NCBI GenBank assembly: GCA_013265495.1
Contig: MU058065.1
Coordinates: forward strand, 7,130,302 to 7,194,301
Length of the DNA stretch: 64,000 nt
Origin: Vicugna vicugna
Lineage: Eukaryota
Reading direction: 5' to 3'
Each line of letters begins with the position of its first letter. Positions within the stretch are counted from its first letter, which is position 1. Under the pieces are notes generated by a model, which was not told the DNA's origin, made no database searches, and saw only the letters and a list, made by a program, of their open reading frames with translations. Below are positions 26,370 to 39,535 of this stretch, piece after piece. A program made the translations under genes and the position numbers.

Positions 26370-27160
26370 CATAATATTAGGCACTCATGACTTGGTAGAT
26401 ATGTAGTTTTGTCCAAAATACTAGAAGGAAATTTGGCATATGTATCTAAAATTAATTAAATATTATATGGTGATTTCACATCGAGGAATGTATTCTCAAG
26501 AAATGACCAGGCAAATTCATATAGTTGTATATGCAAGGAGGGGAGTTTATTATGGTATTGTTTATAATACCAAAATTTGGAAACACAGTAAATATTCAAT
26601 AATAAGGATTTTTTGACTAGATTATGGAATATCCATATGACAGTATACTATGAAGCCAATTAAAATGGTGGTCTGGATTGCATGCTATTGATAAAATTGA
26701 GAAGAAAAAGGATTAGAAAATACGTATGATTTCACTTTTATAAAAACAAAGTACTAATAAAGGCATAGAAAAAATCTGGAACTTATGCACATCTTATGGG
26801 GGAGGAAATTAAGGGGGATTTAAAGACTTTTCTGTTAAATTGAATTTTAATATTTTCTTTTCTTTTTTTCTTGAAGTATAGTTGATTTATAATGTTTTAT
26901 TTTCTGGTATACAGTAAAGTGGGTTAATTCTCTCTCTCTATATATATACAAAAAATGAAAAATAATATGAAATATATATATTCTTTTTCACTTTTTTTTC
27001 TATTATGGTTTATTACAGGATATTGAATACATTTCCCTGTGCTATATAGTAGGACCTTATTGTTTATCTATTTTATATAGCTAATTACAAACTTCTAATT
27101 TATCCCTTCCTCACCCTGATATTTTTCTACAATGAACAAATATTATTTCTTTAATAAAGA
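26370..27160 (+). mobile_element. Old L1ME-type 3' fragment hosting a younger L1
   Basis: gtttataataccaaaatttggaaacacagtaaatattcaataataagg...attatggaatatccatatg; resumes atttttctacaatgaac after 27118. Confidence 0.6.
26860..27117 (-). mobile_element. Short camelid/cetartiodactyl L1 3' end
   Basis: ttgaagtatagttgatttataatg...tttccctgtgctatatagtaggacc...tttatcccttcc. Confidence 0.85.
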
Positions 27161-28599
27161 AATTGCATTTTTTTAAATGGAATCAAGACGGTTAACATAT
27201 ACTTAAAAAGTGTTCAGGTGACATTTCCATCAGAATTTCAAGGTCTCTAACTTTCTAGAAATGTTAAACACAAACAATTACTTCTTCAGAAGCCTTATTG
27301 ACCAGTCTTGTGCTGAATTACTAATTTTCCAATGATATTATTTTCTACCATTTTTTGTTTATGGCATTTCTACTTCATTGGGGCTGAAGGAAAGCTAAAG
27401 AGGGAATCTTAGTCCTGTTTTCATTTTTGCACAACTGTCCTTTCCAGCTGCAGCTTTGGAGAGGACACAAACATTGAAACCCCATCAGGGAGGCAGCTGT
27501 ACACATCCCAATCAGTCTGGCTGGGAGGAACCACTCTTGGAAACTGACCCAAGGGTAGGAGCTCATTTCCTGTCCTCCCAGCCCTGCCACCCTGTCTCCA
27601 CTTTCTCTGGCTCCCTCGGAGCCCTGTTCCTGGAGGGCTTTTGGAACTGAGTTTGGGGCACCTGTAGCTTAGTTCTCATTCCTAAAAAGGAGCTTAATTT
27701 GTTCATGAAAATGAGTCAATGTGCAGAGCCTAGAGCTGCAAGACACTTTTTTGCTCTGAGATCTGAAATCTGGGCAGTCAAGGAAATCTTGAAGGGTGAA
27801 GGCTAAAGGCCTAAAAGATGAGACACTTGGTTTCTGGCTTGACCCATCTTGTTAGAAACAGGAAGATACATTGATGTGGGGGTTCTGGGCTGGTGTGAGA
27901 GCGCAGCCTGCTCCTCAGCAATCCCGGCCTCACAGCAGTGTGTAAATTCATTATCAGAGTACTTGTTAATTTCTGGGCTTAATTTAGGGCTTGGCAGGAG
28001 AAGAGGAGCAGGATGGGAAGGAAGATGATAGGTTGGGGTGAGAAATTTGAAGGATTAGGGGAAGTGAACAGGGTAGCATAAGATAAAACTAGGGTTGAGT
28101 GGCATGGACCCAACTAAGTGGCGGACCTCTAAACTGCCAAAGAAGATTGGATGGACCCCAGTGGAAGACCTGACCTTCAGTCTCCATCTGCTGAAGAAAA
28201 CAGAATAAGACACGAGGAAGGAGTCCCCATCTCTAAAAATCATGAAATTCTGCAATCAATGTCCAATGGAATTTTCTCTCCTGGAGAATTTATTTTATTT
28301 TTCAGAAGGAAAGATTTGGTCCTGGCAGGGTTGGTTTGATTGTAGCCTTGCAGAAGGTAGAGGGATTAATGAGAAGACACATGGGGAAGGGACACCAGTT
28401 GCCATCTTGGCTACTTGTCATCCCAACCCTCTCCTCTGCTAGGAGAATTTACCCCTGTGTGAGTCTTATGTGGGAAGCAGGGCTCTGGTCCTTCCACAGG
28501 AAGCTCAGAGAGTCAGAACCTTATTCTCCTGTGACCCTGGAGGCTAGGCAATATTGAATGCTCCTGCTGGAGCACTTTAAGTCTCTAGAGGTTTGACAG

Positions 28600-28905
28600 A
28601 AAGAAGCAGGGACAGTGTAGAACTCATTCTGGTGGTGGTGACCCCTAGAATCCAGGGTCTAGTGGTAATAACATAGTGCATCAGTAGTGGTGTCCCAGGG
28701 TAAGTGACACTGGTAATGGCACCCCAAGCAGATGGTTTCTGGGGGTGGAACTTGGCTGCTCTCCCTTAAGAGTAGGATTATCCATTCTTCCTGTTGATTC
28801 TTTGAACCATCCAATGTTATTCCATTAAATTCCTTTTCTGAGGACAAAATGAGCAAAATGACCTTTGGCTCATTTCTATTATTTGTAAACAAGAGCCTCG
28901 ACTGA
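28600..28905 (+). mobile_element. Old MaLR LTR (MLT1K/L/N-like)
   Basis: ccattaaattccttttct...tttctattatttgtaaacaagagcctcgactgata terminus. Confidence 0.45.
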
Positions 28906-29317
28906 TATATTCTTAAAGATCTTAATCTTCTCAAGAACAGAAACTTGCATTCCAAGATGAGAATATGTCATAACCTTTTCCTTCCTTCCTTTCAGGTGTC
29001 CTCCTGGGAAGGCTTGTCATTGGAGGCTCTGATTCTGTCCTATGTCCCAATTATAACGTGGGCTTTGGAAAGTCTAGGTGTTATGAGCCATGAGTTTTAG
29101 GATTCACGAGGGTTTCTTGGTAGTTGAGAGTGTCTTTCCAATGGAAATGGGCTAATCTTAACTTTCCATCACTACTAAGCAAACAGGGATTTAGAGATAG
29201 TGGCTATGTGTCATTCAGAATCCCAGATTGCACCCAGACTATAGCACAAAATATGATTCAGTCAAAGAGATATATCAACTCCACCTCCTTGAATGATACC
29301 ATTTTGTGTTTATGCAG

Positions 29318-29327
29318 GTTTTTTTTC

Positions 29328-29390
<63 letters not shown>

Positions 29391-29430
29391 TTTTTCTTTT
29401 TTTTTTTTTTTCTTTCTTTCTTTTTTTTAT
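29318..29430 (+). repeat. (TTTC)n microsatellite grading into poly-T
   Basis: Direct reading of the sequence. Confidence 0.95.
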
Positions 29431-29442
29431 TTCTATTTTCTT

Positions 29443-29615
29443 TAACAGTATAATCTTGTTTATCTATTCTACATTTTGAAATCTCAGTCTATCCCTTCCC
29501 ACCCCCTGCCCCCTTGGCAACCACAAGTTTGTATTCTATGTCTATGAGTCTGTTTCTGTTTAGTATTTAAGTATTTATTTATTTATTTATTTATTTATTT
29601 ATTTTAATGTTTTTT
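29443..29615 (-). mobile_element. Camelid L1 3'UTR fragment with internal (ATTT)n
   Basis: acagtataatcttgtttatctattctacattttgaaatc...cttggcaaccacaagtttgtattctatgtctatgagtctgtttctg. Confidence 0.8.
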
Positions 29616-30294
29616 TAGCTTTTTAAACCTCTGCTTAGTCTGCTCTCTCATCAGATCTGGGAGGGAGGTATATACAGAATAGTAGTTACTGTTAATCTCT
29701 CTGACTTCTGTTGTCTCATTGATATAGTGGGTCCAAGTGTGAGAGGCCAGGTCTTATACTTGCGCTCTAGTCCTTTATCTTGTAGAACTTGAACATGGTC
29801 AATACAAAGGCATAAATGTAGTGTATCTGCCAAGCTAGAAGTCTAAGGAAAATTACCCTGGAAAAAAATTAAAGGGATGCAATATTTTGGAAGGTAGTGC
29901 CCTCAGCTCTCCTGGCTCTAGGGAAAGAGAGCATCCATGACCAATTCCACAAGGTGGCTATAACTCCTGTTTTGTTTTTCCTCCTTCCTCTCCTCCTTCC
30001 ATTTGGCCTGTTCACAAACCTGTTCTGTTCTTCCTGTGCCCTTTGATGTGGTCCTCCCATTGTAGTCCCAACACCTAGAGCAATTTTTGGCAGTTTTTTA
30101 TGAGACAAAATATTTGGGCTTCATTTTTCTTCCCCTTGACCCTGAGGGAGGAGCAGATGAACTTGGCTTTGGGAAAGAGAGACATGGAAGGCAACATGGA
30201 GAACAGAAACAAAATCATGCCTTTGGATCACACAGGCCTCGAGTTGCTTGCCTAGATTTGTTCCTCACTCACAGTGTGATTTTAGAAAGTGACT

Positions 30295-30690
30295 TAGGAT
30301 ATAGCTGGAGCTTTTGTGGTTGCAAATGGCAGAATCCCAACTCAAAGAGCCTTCACCACCAAGTGTCTTGGATCACATTCCTGGGAAAGATGAGGTGGAG
30401 GGTGCATCAGGCATGTCTGATTTGAGAGGGTCAAAACTCCCACTAGCCTGCTCCTTTCAGCTTTGCTTTGTTGTTTTTAGTAGTTTGATCTCAAAGGCAT
30501 CGTTAGTGATCTGAAAGCATGTCCACTTACGTGACTCTCATAGCTGAGTCTTCTTTCAAGTGTCCCCCTGCATTCTGCTATGGTATGTCACTTCTCTTCC
30601 ATCATGAGACTATCAGGGCATTGCAAAGGACTTGGGCCCTTTGATCCTGACCCTAGAACATAAGACAGAGGGAGATGGCACTCCCTGAGA
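30295..30690 (-). mobile_element. Old MaLR LTR (MLT1-like)
   Basis: ttgtggttgcaaatggcagaatcccaactcaaa start. Confidence 0.45.
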
Positions 30691-31654
30691 TCCATCTAAA
30701 CTCTTGCTACCATCTTACCTCTTTTTCTTCCCTATTTTGCACTCAAAGCATGCTGTTCCACCTGGGCCAGCTCCTGGTGACCTGACAGGAGAGCTGAGCT
30801 GGATTTCTAATGTGGTGATTGGAAACAGAGATGCAGTGATTTAGGGAAGAGGGAGGTGGCTGATTCAGGAAAAGCAGCCCATTCTGCCGGGCCAGCCTGC
30901 TGGCTGGGAAGGTATCTGAGGCTGGGATCTGGACAGAAGTCTGTCTCCCATCCAGATTCCTGCAGCAGGAACAAAGTGACCTGGGCCCTGTCTCTCTAAG
31001 CCCCCTACGCAAGCGGTTTCCGTGAAGTTTTGTAATGTGAGAGCTTCTCTGGAGGCCGAGGCCTTTGTGCTTAGCTGCAAGTTGTTGAGACGCCGTTTTC
31101 AATCATTTTAGCAAGTGAATTGGCTTCCAGATTGACAGCCTTGGAAACCAGATTCCTGTGTTTGTCCCACAAACAGGTATTGCCTGTGAGCTGCAAGCAG
31201 AGGCAGAACACGGTGTCCAAGGCCAACTCCTGATTCTCTACGGTTTGGGGTGGGTGTGGGAGGGTGAGGGAACATTTGGCGAGGCCAGAAAAAATGATGC
31301 CTATAACCCAGAATTAATAATGATTCTGAAAATCCAGCCACCTGCCTTAACTTCCCCCTAAATAAAATCTTTCTAAAGTTAAGTAGCTGGAAACTGGCAT
31401 TCAATCAATTTCAGTTCTAACTCGTCCATCATTCTGAGGCTACCTCCCAGGACAGAGCTGATGACAGGCGAAGAACCTGTTTATGTCCCTATTCCGACCA
31501 TAAGTAACAGAGACAGGCGAGCCCAGACTCATGAGCTCAGACTTTACCCTCCTCCCCCTTCCAGTTGTATATCTGAGAATCTGGTGAAATTGGTGCTGGA
31601 ATTTCAAATAAATTATCTTCTTTAATCCTTACAGCAAGAAGAAAGACAACAGTA

Positions 31655-31880
31655 GCAAAAGTAGCTGTGGTTTATTGAATGCCTACTATGCACCAGACGC
31701 TTTACATATGTAATCTCTAATCCCCAAACAGTCTTGTGAGGGAGATATCATTATGCTCATTTTATAGATGAAAGGTCTGAGCACAGAGTCTAGGGGAAGC
31801 TGTCACTTGCTCAAGTTCACATGACTCAGAAGTGTTGAGACTGAAATCCAGGCAGGCATGTTTCCACTCCAAGTCTTCTC
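31655..31880 (-). mobile_element. MIR SINE (near full length)
   Basis: tttattgaatgcctactatgcaccag...attttatagatgaaagg...tcacttgctcaagttcaca. Confidence 0.8.
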
Positions 31881-33334
31881 CATGGTGCTCTGGGCAGAGT
31901 CGTGCTCTCCATCCTCCCCCAGATCCAGGACAGATGAGGACCAGGCAGGAGAGACGTGTGCCGTTCACCCAGCTCTTGCCTCCTTCACTGTACTGCTCTT
32001 GGTTGGAACCTATCATGCTGGTCTCCTGTGTGGCTGGGAGAGGGAATGGATTAATTTGTCTCCCAGACCAGGAAAGGTGAAGGTGTTTGGGAAGAGGGAT
32101 GGCATGGCAGGAACCAGGGTGGAGATGAGAGGGGAGACATTTGCTATGTTGGTCCTGAGAACTGTTGACAGACGTTCTCAGGGTGAGGAGTGTGGTCAGC
32201 TTGTCCCTCCTGTGTTCCCAAAGATGATGGAGGCCTGGTCTAGGGGACTATCTTTAAAAACAAAATTTACAGGCATTGTAAGTTTCTAATTTCCCTGGCG
32301 AAGACTAGTCAACAAGGGCCCAGGCAGATCTGGGTTGTAAGAGCATTTTAGAATTGCTCAGCTGTCCTTCTAACCAAGATCAGTGGTTCGGGTGTTCCCC
32401 AGAGAACTAGGGGGAAATCTCCACCCAAAGGCCTGAGATAGTTGAGAGGAGTCAGACCCCTGGGAAGAAATGTGAAGCCATTAAGCAGAAAAACATCCTG
32501 GGCCAGAAGCTCAGAGACAGCGATGTGAGTCATCTGCAGATCTAGAACCTGGGACCAGCCCCATACGAGGAGACAAATCCTTCAGTGCTTGCTGGTGGGT
32601 CACAGTGGCAGACTCTCCCCTACCCAGCCCTGCCTGCTCCTTTTCCCACTCTCTCCCCTGCATTCTGCTTCATGTCTAGTGCTACTTCCCAATGCACCAA
32701 CCTGAGATGACCACCGTCCCCTTAAGTAGTGTTGACAGGGAGAATAGATCAGGGACAGTCAAAACAAAAATAATGTTCCCCAGAGGGTAGATTCCATACC
32801 AGGCACCACGCAAAGTGCTTTACCTACCTTAACAAGAATGTCCATTTTACCAAGATCCAGAGAGGTTAAGTGACTTGCTCAAGGTCACACAGCTAGGAAC
32901 AGAGTCAGAATGCAGATCCAGCCCTGACAGACTCCAGGACCTACAGCAGAGAGGATAGAGTAGAAGCAGTCTTTCTGGTCATAAATACCAATATCTCTGC
33001 TCAGTCATCCCCATGCCCAGTGTGATCCACAGGATTTCGAGTACTGGGTGCTGTTAGCTCCAGATGGGAACGCTAAAGCATAGAGAAGTTGTGTGAAATA
33101 TCTACAGTCTCAAACAGGTCAACAGAATGAAACAAGATGTGGGTGGTCCATTAATTTATTACCTCTTTGCAAAAACTGCCAAGAGATCCAATTGATTGCA
33201 TGAAAAATATCGACTCAGGGAAACACATTAGTCAAACTGATAAGGACGTGTTTGTCTAGTGAGCCAAGTGTGAGAAATGAGGGTGGGTGGTGTCTCCGAA
33301 TGCTGGCCAGGGTGATGCTCATATTCTTAGTATT

Positions 33335-33500
33335 ACAGATTCCAGAGCTGAGAGAGATCTGGGAGGTCAGATCGTCTAATCTCCCACTGCATCCCTGGCC
33401 GGCGGTCACCCAGCTCCAGTCCGGGGACACACAGTGACAGGGAGCTCACATTTCCAGGGCCTGTGAATTCTGCTTCTGGACATTCTGACTTCTAGGATGT
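33335..33500 (-). mobile_element. CR1/L3 3' terminus
   Basis: agagctgagagagatctgggaggtcagatcgtctaatc...cagtgacagggagctcac...ctggacattctgacttctagga. Confidence 0.6.
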
Positions 33501-36199
33501 TGGGTCAACAGAAGTACAACTTCAATAGTCTCAGCCTGAGGTCCTATGAGTGCAAATGAGGTCCCCATAAGAGCCAGAGACTTTATACATTGTTACGTTG
33601 GGATCCTTTTGGAATGCCAATGTTTGAAATAGTTCAATTCTGATTCTAATCGAAATAGTTCAATTCTAATTTCAATGTTTGAAACAGTTCAAGTCTAATT
33701 TTGGCTAAAATCCTCTTTTATATAGTGAAGATGTTTTTTGCCTTCTAGCAGCTTCTGTCTATTGTCCCCATTCGTTTGTCTGCCACTGTGCTGAGCAAAT
33801 CTAATGCCTGGTCTATGTGACAGGCCTTCAGCTACTTGAGGACAATGATCGCGTCTTTTTGGAATCTTCTGTCCAGTCTGGCTTAGCAAGAATGCCATGT
33901 CTGTTGGGGAGACTTCACCTGGAGTCCTGCATTGAGAAGTGGACCCCAACGAGAGAAGGACATAGGAAAAAAAAAAAAAAGAAGAGAAGGGAGAGGGGAG
34001 GTGACTCAACAAGGGAGCGGCAGAGACTCCCACACCATGTTTCAGTCCCAGAAGAGGACAACCCTGGATCCACCTTTCTTCACTGTGCATCGCCATGTCA
34101 CTATTGAGCAAAGTAACTCCTTCCCATCAGGGAGTCTGGAGTGAAGTGATGCTGCCTCAGAAAGTTCTCCATGGAGTTATTGGTATGTTTTTAAATAAAT
34201 AGTTTCTATTTTTTGGCTCCAAAGTGGATTTAGCATCTCCTAGGAGCATCAACTTAGTCTGGATTCAGTGTGGAGGCTTAGAGGGAGGAAAAGTCTTGGA
34301 AGAAACACCCCAGACTCATGGGGGAAAAGACCCAAAAACAAAAATCAGAGAAGTGTAATCTACCCAAAGCACAGGGGAGTTGGCACTGTGTGCAATTCTG
34401 GTGCTCAATCAAGGTTAAAACATAACCCAAACATTGGCGAGTCCAAGGGCCAACTCCCTACATTTCTGGAATGGTCTCACTGAGAATTAGAAATACATTT
34501 TATTGACCAGAATTCCTTTTAGTCTTTGCCACCCAGGCTGCCTCATCTGTCCTTACTGGACAAGACCCACTCCATTCTGAGCGCAGCAATGTTGTCTGAG
34601 CACAGATGGAGACCCCTTTCCTTCCCCTCTAGACCTCTTTGCAGGGGAAGACCCCTTGTTGATTTGGAAGAAATATTTTAAGTCACTATGGGTGGAGGGT
34701 GACACCCAAGGGTATGCTCAAGTAACAAAAGATGTCTTCAGAACTCCTGGGTGTGTGATGTGGAGGGGAATTTGTGTTGTTCCTAAGAGGGGAGAGAAGA
34801 GAGAGGAGAGAAAAGAGTAGAAAGAGGTGAGGGGCAGGCAGTACATGGGAGAGACCTAGGGGACAATCTTGACTCCTGAAATGCTTAATGTAAGCTATAA
34901 AAATCACCAAATGGCTGGTGGGAATGGGCTTAGGGGTGAGTAAACTAGAGTAAGGCTGAATGTTGTGCATAATCTCAAGGAGCAGAAGCAAGAGACTGTG
35001 GCAAGGATGCAGGAACTAATGGTCTAAGTCTGAGTTACATTTGTTTCTTTGTTTATTTCACCTGCGGGACTTGAACTCCTTCCTCTAGGGGCTGCACCTT
35101 TGCATTTCTAGTACCCAGGACACTGCCTGAAACATAGAAGGCCCTCAGTCTATGTTGTTTAAAGGAAAGAAGGATGGAAAGATAGGAAGTAAAATCTTCT
35201 AATTTCACAAGTAATAAAGGGTGAAAGATAATTGAGAATGTCTCAGAAATTTCAAAGTCTCAGTACTGATTTCTTGTAAAGTCTTCTGATTCATTCAAAG
35301 GAAAATGGAATCCATTAAACTTTTCTTAAAACGTTGTCTCCCTTATCTTGACACTGCCTCTTCTTTAAGTCTAGCCTAGATGCACCTGGTCCTTGAAGCT
35401 TCTTCTATGTCCCTAACTGGACATCATGGTACATGATCTAGAATCACAAGAAAATTAGAATTGAGAAGGGATGTTAGAAGTCACTTGCAGATAGTCTGAT
35501 TCCTGGACTTTTCTTATGTCACTTAATGCTTTCTATCTTACTTTGTTTGTTTTATACAATGTCTTTTACTTTAAAATGAAGTCTCTCTGGGCCTGTCAAC
35601 ATAGATGGGTGTTCCACACATGAATAAACCTAACTTGAAAGCATGAAACATGATTGGCATAATGTTAGTGCTGGAAAGTGCTTTGCAAATGTTTTACAAG
35701 TAGATATTACTATTTCAAACCACAATGGCTTCCTGGTGAATGAAAGACCCTTTTGTTCAGTTCAGCCCCTCAAGTTAGGATATGCAAAGTAAAGTTAGAG
35801 TCTAGCTTTGGAGTAGGAGTTGGAAGAAGCCCAACTGGCATTCCAGTAGGAGGGGTGAAGGGCAGTCTGGGAGGGAGCAGAAGAGGTGAGATGGAGGAGG
35901 TGATGCAAAAATGGACTAGAGAGATGATGAGAGTTGGGGGTGAGGGGTGACACAGCCAGGGAGAGCATGTGGTGGCAACGTCTGAGAGTCAAAGTGGGGC
36001 ATGTCCATATTCTCGTGATGCAACCCTGCCCCCACCTCCATTTCCTACAAACCTTAAGCTGGACTTTTGAGCAAAGTGGACACTTTCCCCAGGAATTCAC
36101 AGAACTCTTGAGGAGGGTGGTGATCTTCAACAAGGCATAGAATAGAGATTTGAAGAATCCTATCTAGAACTTAAGAGCAGGGAGACCTCAGCAGATATC

Positions 36200-36481
36200 T
36201 AGGTTATACAAGATGATTTAATGTCATGGAAATCTGTGTATATACAAACAAATGTTTCTTCCCTTACATCATCACCTTGAAACCCACATATTTTCATACT
36301 GGAGACAGAGATCAAAATTGTACGTAAATAGTCAAATCTCAGCTGTAAAGTATAAAGTATCAATTGAGTACCTTTCATATAGTTTTTGTCTTTCTGTGAT
36401 ATAAATTTGGATGATGTCATTGTTACACAAGAGAAGATCATCTCCAATGTGATATTGGGACAGTTGGGAAAAAAGATGGTG
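36200..36481 (-). pseudogene. Probable retrotransposed 3'UTR of the ATP12A retrocopy, with polyadenylation signal ATTAAA at 36217-36222
   Basis: About 260 nt of non-repeat, AT-rich sequence follows the stop codon and ends near an ATTAAA hexamer on the minus strand. No poly(A) tail is preserved. Confidence 0.5.
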
Positions 36482-39400
36482 TTAGTGATACATGATCCCA
36501 ACAGTATCCCACTGTAAAGTCTGATGAAAAGTTTTCACATGTCATTACACATCTGAAGAAGAATTGGCACGTGGCATATCCATAAACCAATCCTGAGCCA
36601 GGAGTATACTGATATCTGGGGCTGTGACACCTCAAAGGCCATAGAAGAGGGTTACTGCTATGATAAGCTGTGAAGAAAACCCTACCCAGATGGCTTTGTT
36701 TCTGGAAAGATCTTGCTGGAAGATGAAATTGCTCTGGGTCTTCTCCATGATCAGATATGCCACTTGCTAGTTCATAATGCCAATGGGAGCAGCTGTGTAG
36801 CTGTACATCCTAGGTGTTTCTTCTGACACCTTGCCCATTCTTGCTTGTAGAAATCTTCCTAGTCATTCATGCTGTCATTCCCCCATTGTGCCAGAGGTTA
36901 ATGAAAGTGCTGGGCTTAAATCTCCCCCAAACGTACATGGTGACATAAACAACAAAAGATCCCCCAGGGCTTGCATGAGGCCAATCTGCCAACAGGACTA
37001 CATGGCAGGTGACTTGTTCATCAGTCTGTCCATCTTCTTATGGTAAGGCTTCCGATTCATCATGTCACTTTAAGCTTTTCCATAAGATAGAGAAATGAGG
37101 GAATTATGTCTGCTCCCAAGTTGATGAACAGGATGGTAATGATGCCAGTGAGCAGGGAGAGCCCAACAACAATGTAAATCAAAAAAAGAAGGCAAAAGCA
37201 TGGCAATGATCTGGGTCAAAGTGCAAGCAATAATCTTCTTTAGGTTGTCAAAGACTAAGCGACTTTCCTCCACCCTGTTACTAGAGATGCAAAGATGTCA
37301 CTGTCATTCAGAAAGGCTGTGTGGCCTGCATCTGTGGCTGCATTAGGATCTGATATCCTCATGTCAGTCTCAATATCTGCCTTCTTTAGTGCTGGAGGAG
37401 CCTTAACTCCATCCTCTGTTGTAGCAACAACCGCATCCTGTTTCTGATGGCCCACCTGAACGATCGGTCCTTCTGGGGAGATGTTGGAGTAAAGGTGGTT
37501 TCTGAGTGGTTGGTTAAGAGCTCATCCAGGTGCTCCTGATATGTGACCTTCAGCTCCATACAGGTCACCACCGCGGCTTTAGCCTATTTGTGAACTTGCC
37601 CCATCTCATTGTTGAGGCATTTTTAAATGTCTTCTACCATCTGTCTCACTGTTGGCTGAAATGACACCTACCTTCCCCGGCAATAATGTTGGCTGTGAAG
37701 GGATGGTCACCTTTGACCATGACAACCTTGACCCTACCACTGTGGCACTTGGTAAATATATCAAGAAGGGGATCAATCCTTGACAAGAGCCCACAAAGCA
37801 GAGTTGGAGGTAGGGGAGGTCATGGTATCTGTCAAATGAGTAGGCTTATGGGAACTTGACTGCTGGCAGGTAGAGACGACTGAAACCCAGAATGTGGCTT
37901 CCCCAGGCCCTCAGCTTCATGTATATGGCGTGGAAGGCCTTAGCTGTGCCCTTGACCAGAGGCTGCTCAGGAACATTGATAATGATGGTGTTATACTTCT
38001 TGACGATTTTCCTGGGGTCCCCTTCATCATCATGAGGAAGCATTTGTCAGTGGGGTCAGCCATCTTATGTATGGGGAGTTGAAATTTGTTGGTAGAATCA
38101 AAAGGGATTTCAGGCACTTTGCAGTCTCAGTTCCTAATTTCTATCACATCACCCAGAATGACCTCTGAGAATTTCCAAGAGCAGTTTCTGAGGCATCTTC
38201 TACCATAATTTTCTCCATGATGGAAACACTTTCCTGTCCTGGTTTGAACTAAATTTGGTTATACAGTGTTACTATCTTGAACAAGGAGGCTCAGATTCCA
38301 GAGCTTCAGGCAAAGGGTTGGTTTTTCTGTTTTTCATGTGTCAGCCATATAGATCTGATTTCATACCACACACAGGTTCTATTGTAAGTCCCAGGGTCAG
38401 TCCCATCAGGGCAAATGATAGGGGTAGAACTGAGGTCTCCACTGCTTCCACGACTGGGCAGTTCTTGACCATTTATTTTTCTGTCATTAGTGGAGTGACA
38501 ATGACATTGACCAAGAAGCCCTCAGGTTCATGGGCCATAGAGGCAGCAATGAGGAAGGTGGAGGAGTCCAGGACATACTTCATGGACACGGTGATAATAA
38601 AGAAAAGGATGCTGGTGAAACAGTCACTTCTGCCACAATGCAAAGTGCTCAGTCTCAGTGGCAATGGGTGTCTTCCCATTTCCCACTCCCAAAGCCAGTG
38701 AGGCCATCTGTCCAATGATGGCACCGTTGCCTGTGTTGGTGACTGTGCCAGTTGCCGTGCCTTTTAAATAGGTTGTGGAAGAGAAGCCAGTGTTCTTTGT
38801 TTCAATGGGATTGCCATGAGTCAAGTCATGAGAGCAGAAGTGGGGCTCAGACTTCCCAGTGAGAGAGAAGTTATCTACTCTACCTCCATGAGAAGCCAGC
38901 CACCTGATAGCTGTAGAAATTTGGTCTCCACCCTTAATCTCCACTGTACCCCTGACCATCAGCTGCTCTTCAGAGACTGTGTTCTCCCTTGCATCCCAGA
39001 TCTCAAGAACTTGGGGAGGAATAATTTACCGAATCAGAACATGATGTTGGTGCTTTTCACCTATTGGAAATAATCAAAGATTACCCTAACTGGAGAAAGA
39101 ATAGAATGCAAATACACACTGTCTAGAGATACCGACATCATTGGAATACTGAATTCCAAATGCAACTCACCACAGAACAACTTCTGTCCACAGAAGGACA
39201 AAGTAATTCCAATATCAACTACTGAGAAATTTGATAATCTCTGATATTTCTTTGCGAAGCCTGAGGGTGCTGAGTCTGCCTTGAGCCAGCATCTCTGCTG
39301 CTGTTATGCTGGAGAGAATCACATCATTCAGACCATAGTTCTCCTTCAATTCCTTATTGCTCAATTTCTGATTGTCCAGGTGAATTCTTTCTTGGGTTCC

Positions 39401-39535
39401 TCTTTCTAATTATTTTTAATGAGTTCCAAGCAGTTGTACATAGAATCCTGGTCTGACCACCCACTTGGGTGTTTTCTTTATGTCTTCAGTTCCACTGTGC
39501 TTCACAGAGTAAATTTTTGGCCTTGCCTTGTCCAC
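36482..39535 (-). pseudogene. ATP12A: Processed (intronless) pseudogene of the non-gastric H+/K+-ATPase alpha subunit (ATP12A); full-length CDS remnant with stops and frameshifts
   Basis: Minus-strand translation gives collinear ATP12A-like segments. N-term (GTG)DKARPKIYSVKHSGTEDIKKT ~ [34 protein letters not shown] ~ [165 protein letters not shown]-term KLFIRLY...MYH* (TAA 36482-36484). The ~3.05 kb span matches an uninterrupted ~1040-codon CDS, so there are no introns. The N-terminus and ISANSET favour ATP12A over ATP1A1-4/ATP4A. Confidence 0.93.

Noticed and set aside
33618..33696. Spaced direct repeats resembling a CRISPR array
   Set aside because: Mammalian DNA, only three short imperfect units, related 10-13 nt spacers, and no cas genes.
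38255..38701. 148-aa plus-strand ORF (also 39419-39787)
   Set aside because: Antisense shadow of the ATP12A pseudogene; no independent protein signature.
36482..39535. Functional single-exon ATPase gene, or an ATP1A-type identity
   Set aside because: Multiple stops and frameshifts and a destroyed DKTGT motif rule out function. The N-terminal and ISANSET segments fit ATP12A better than ATP1A.
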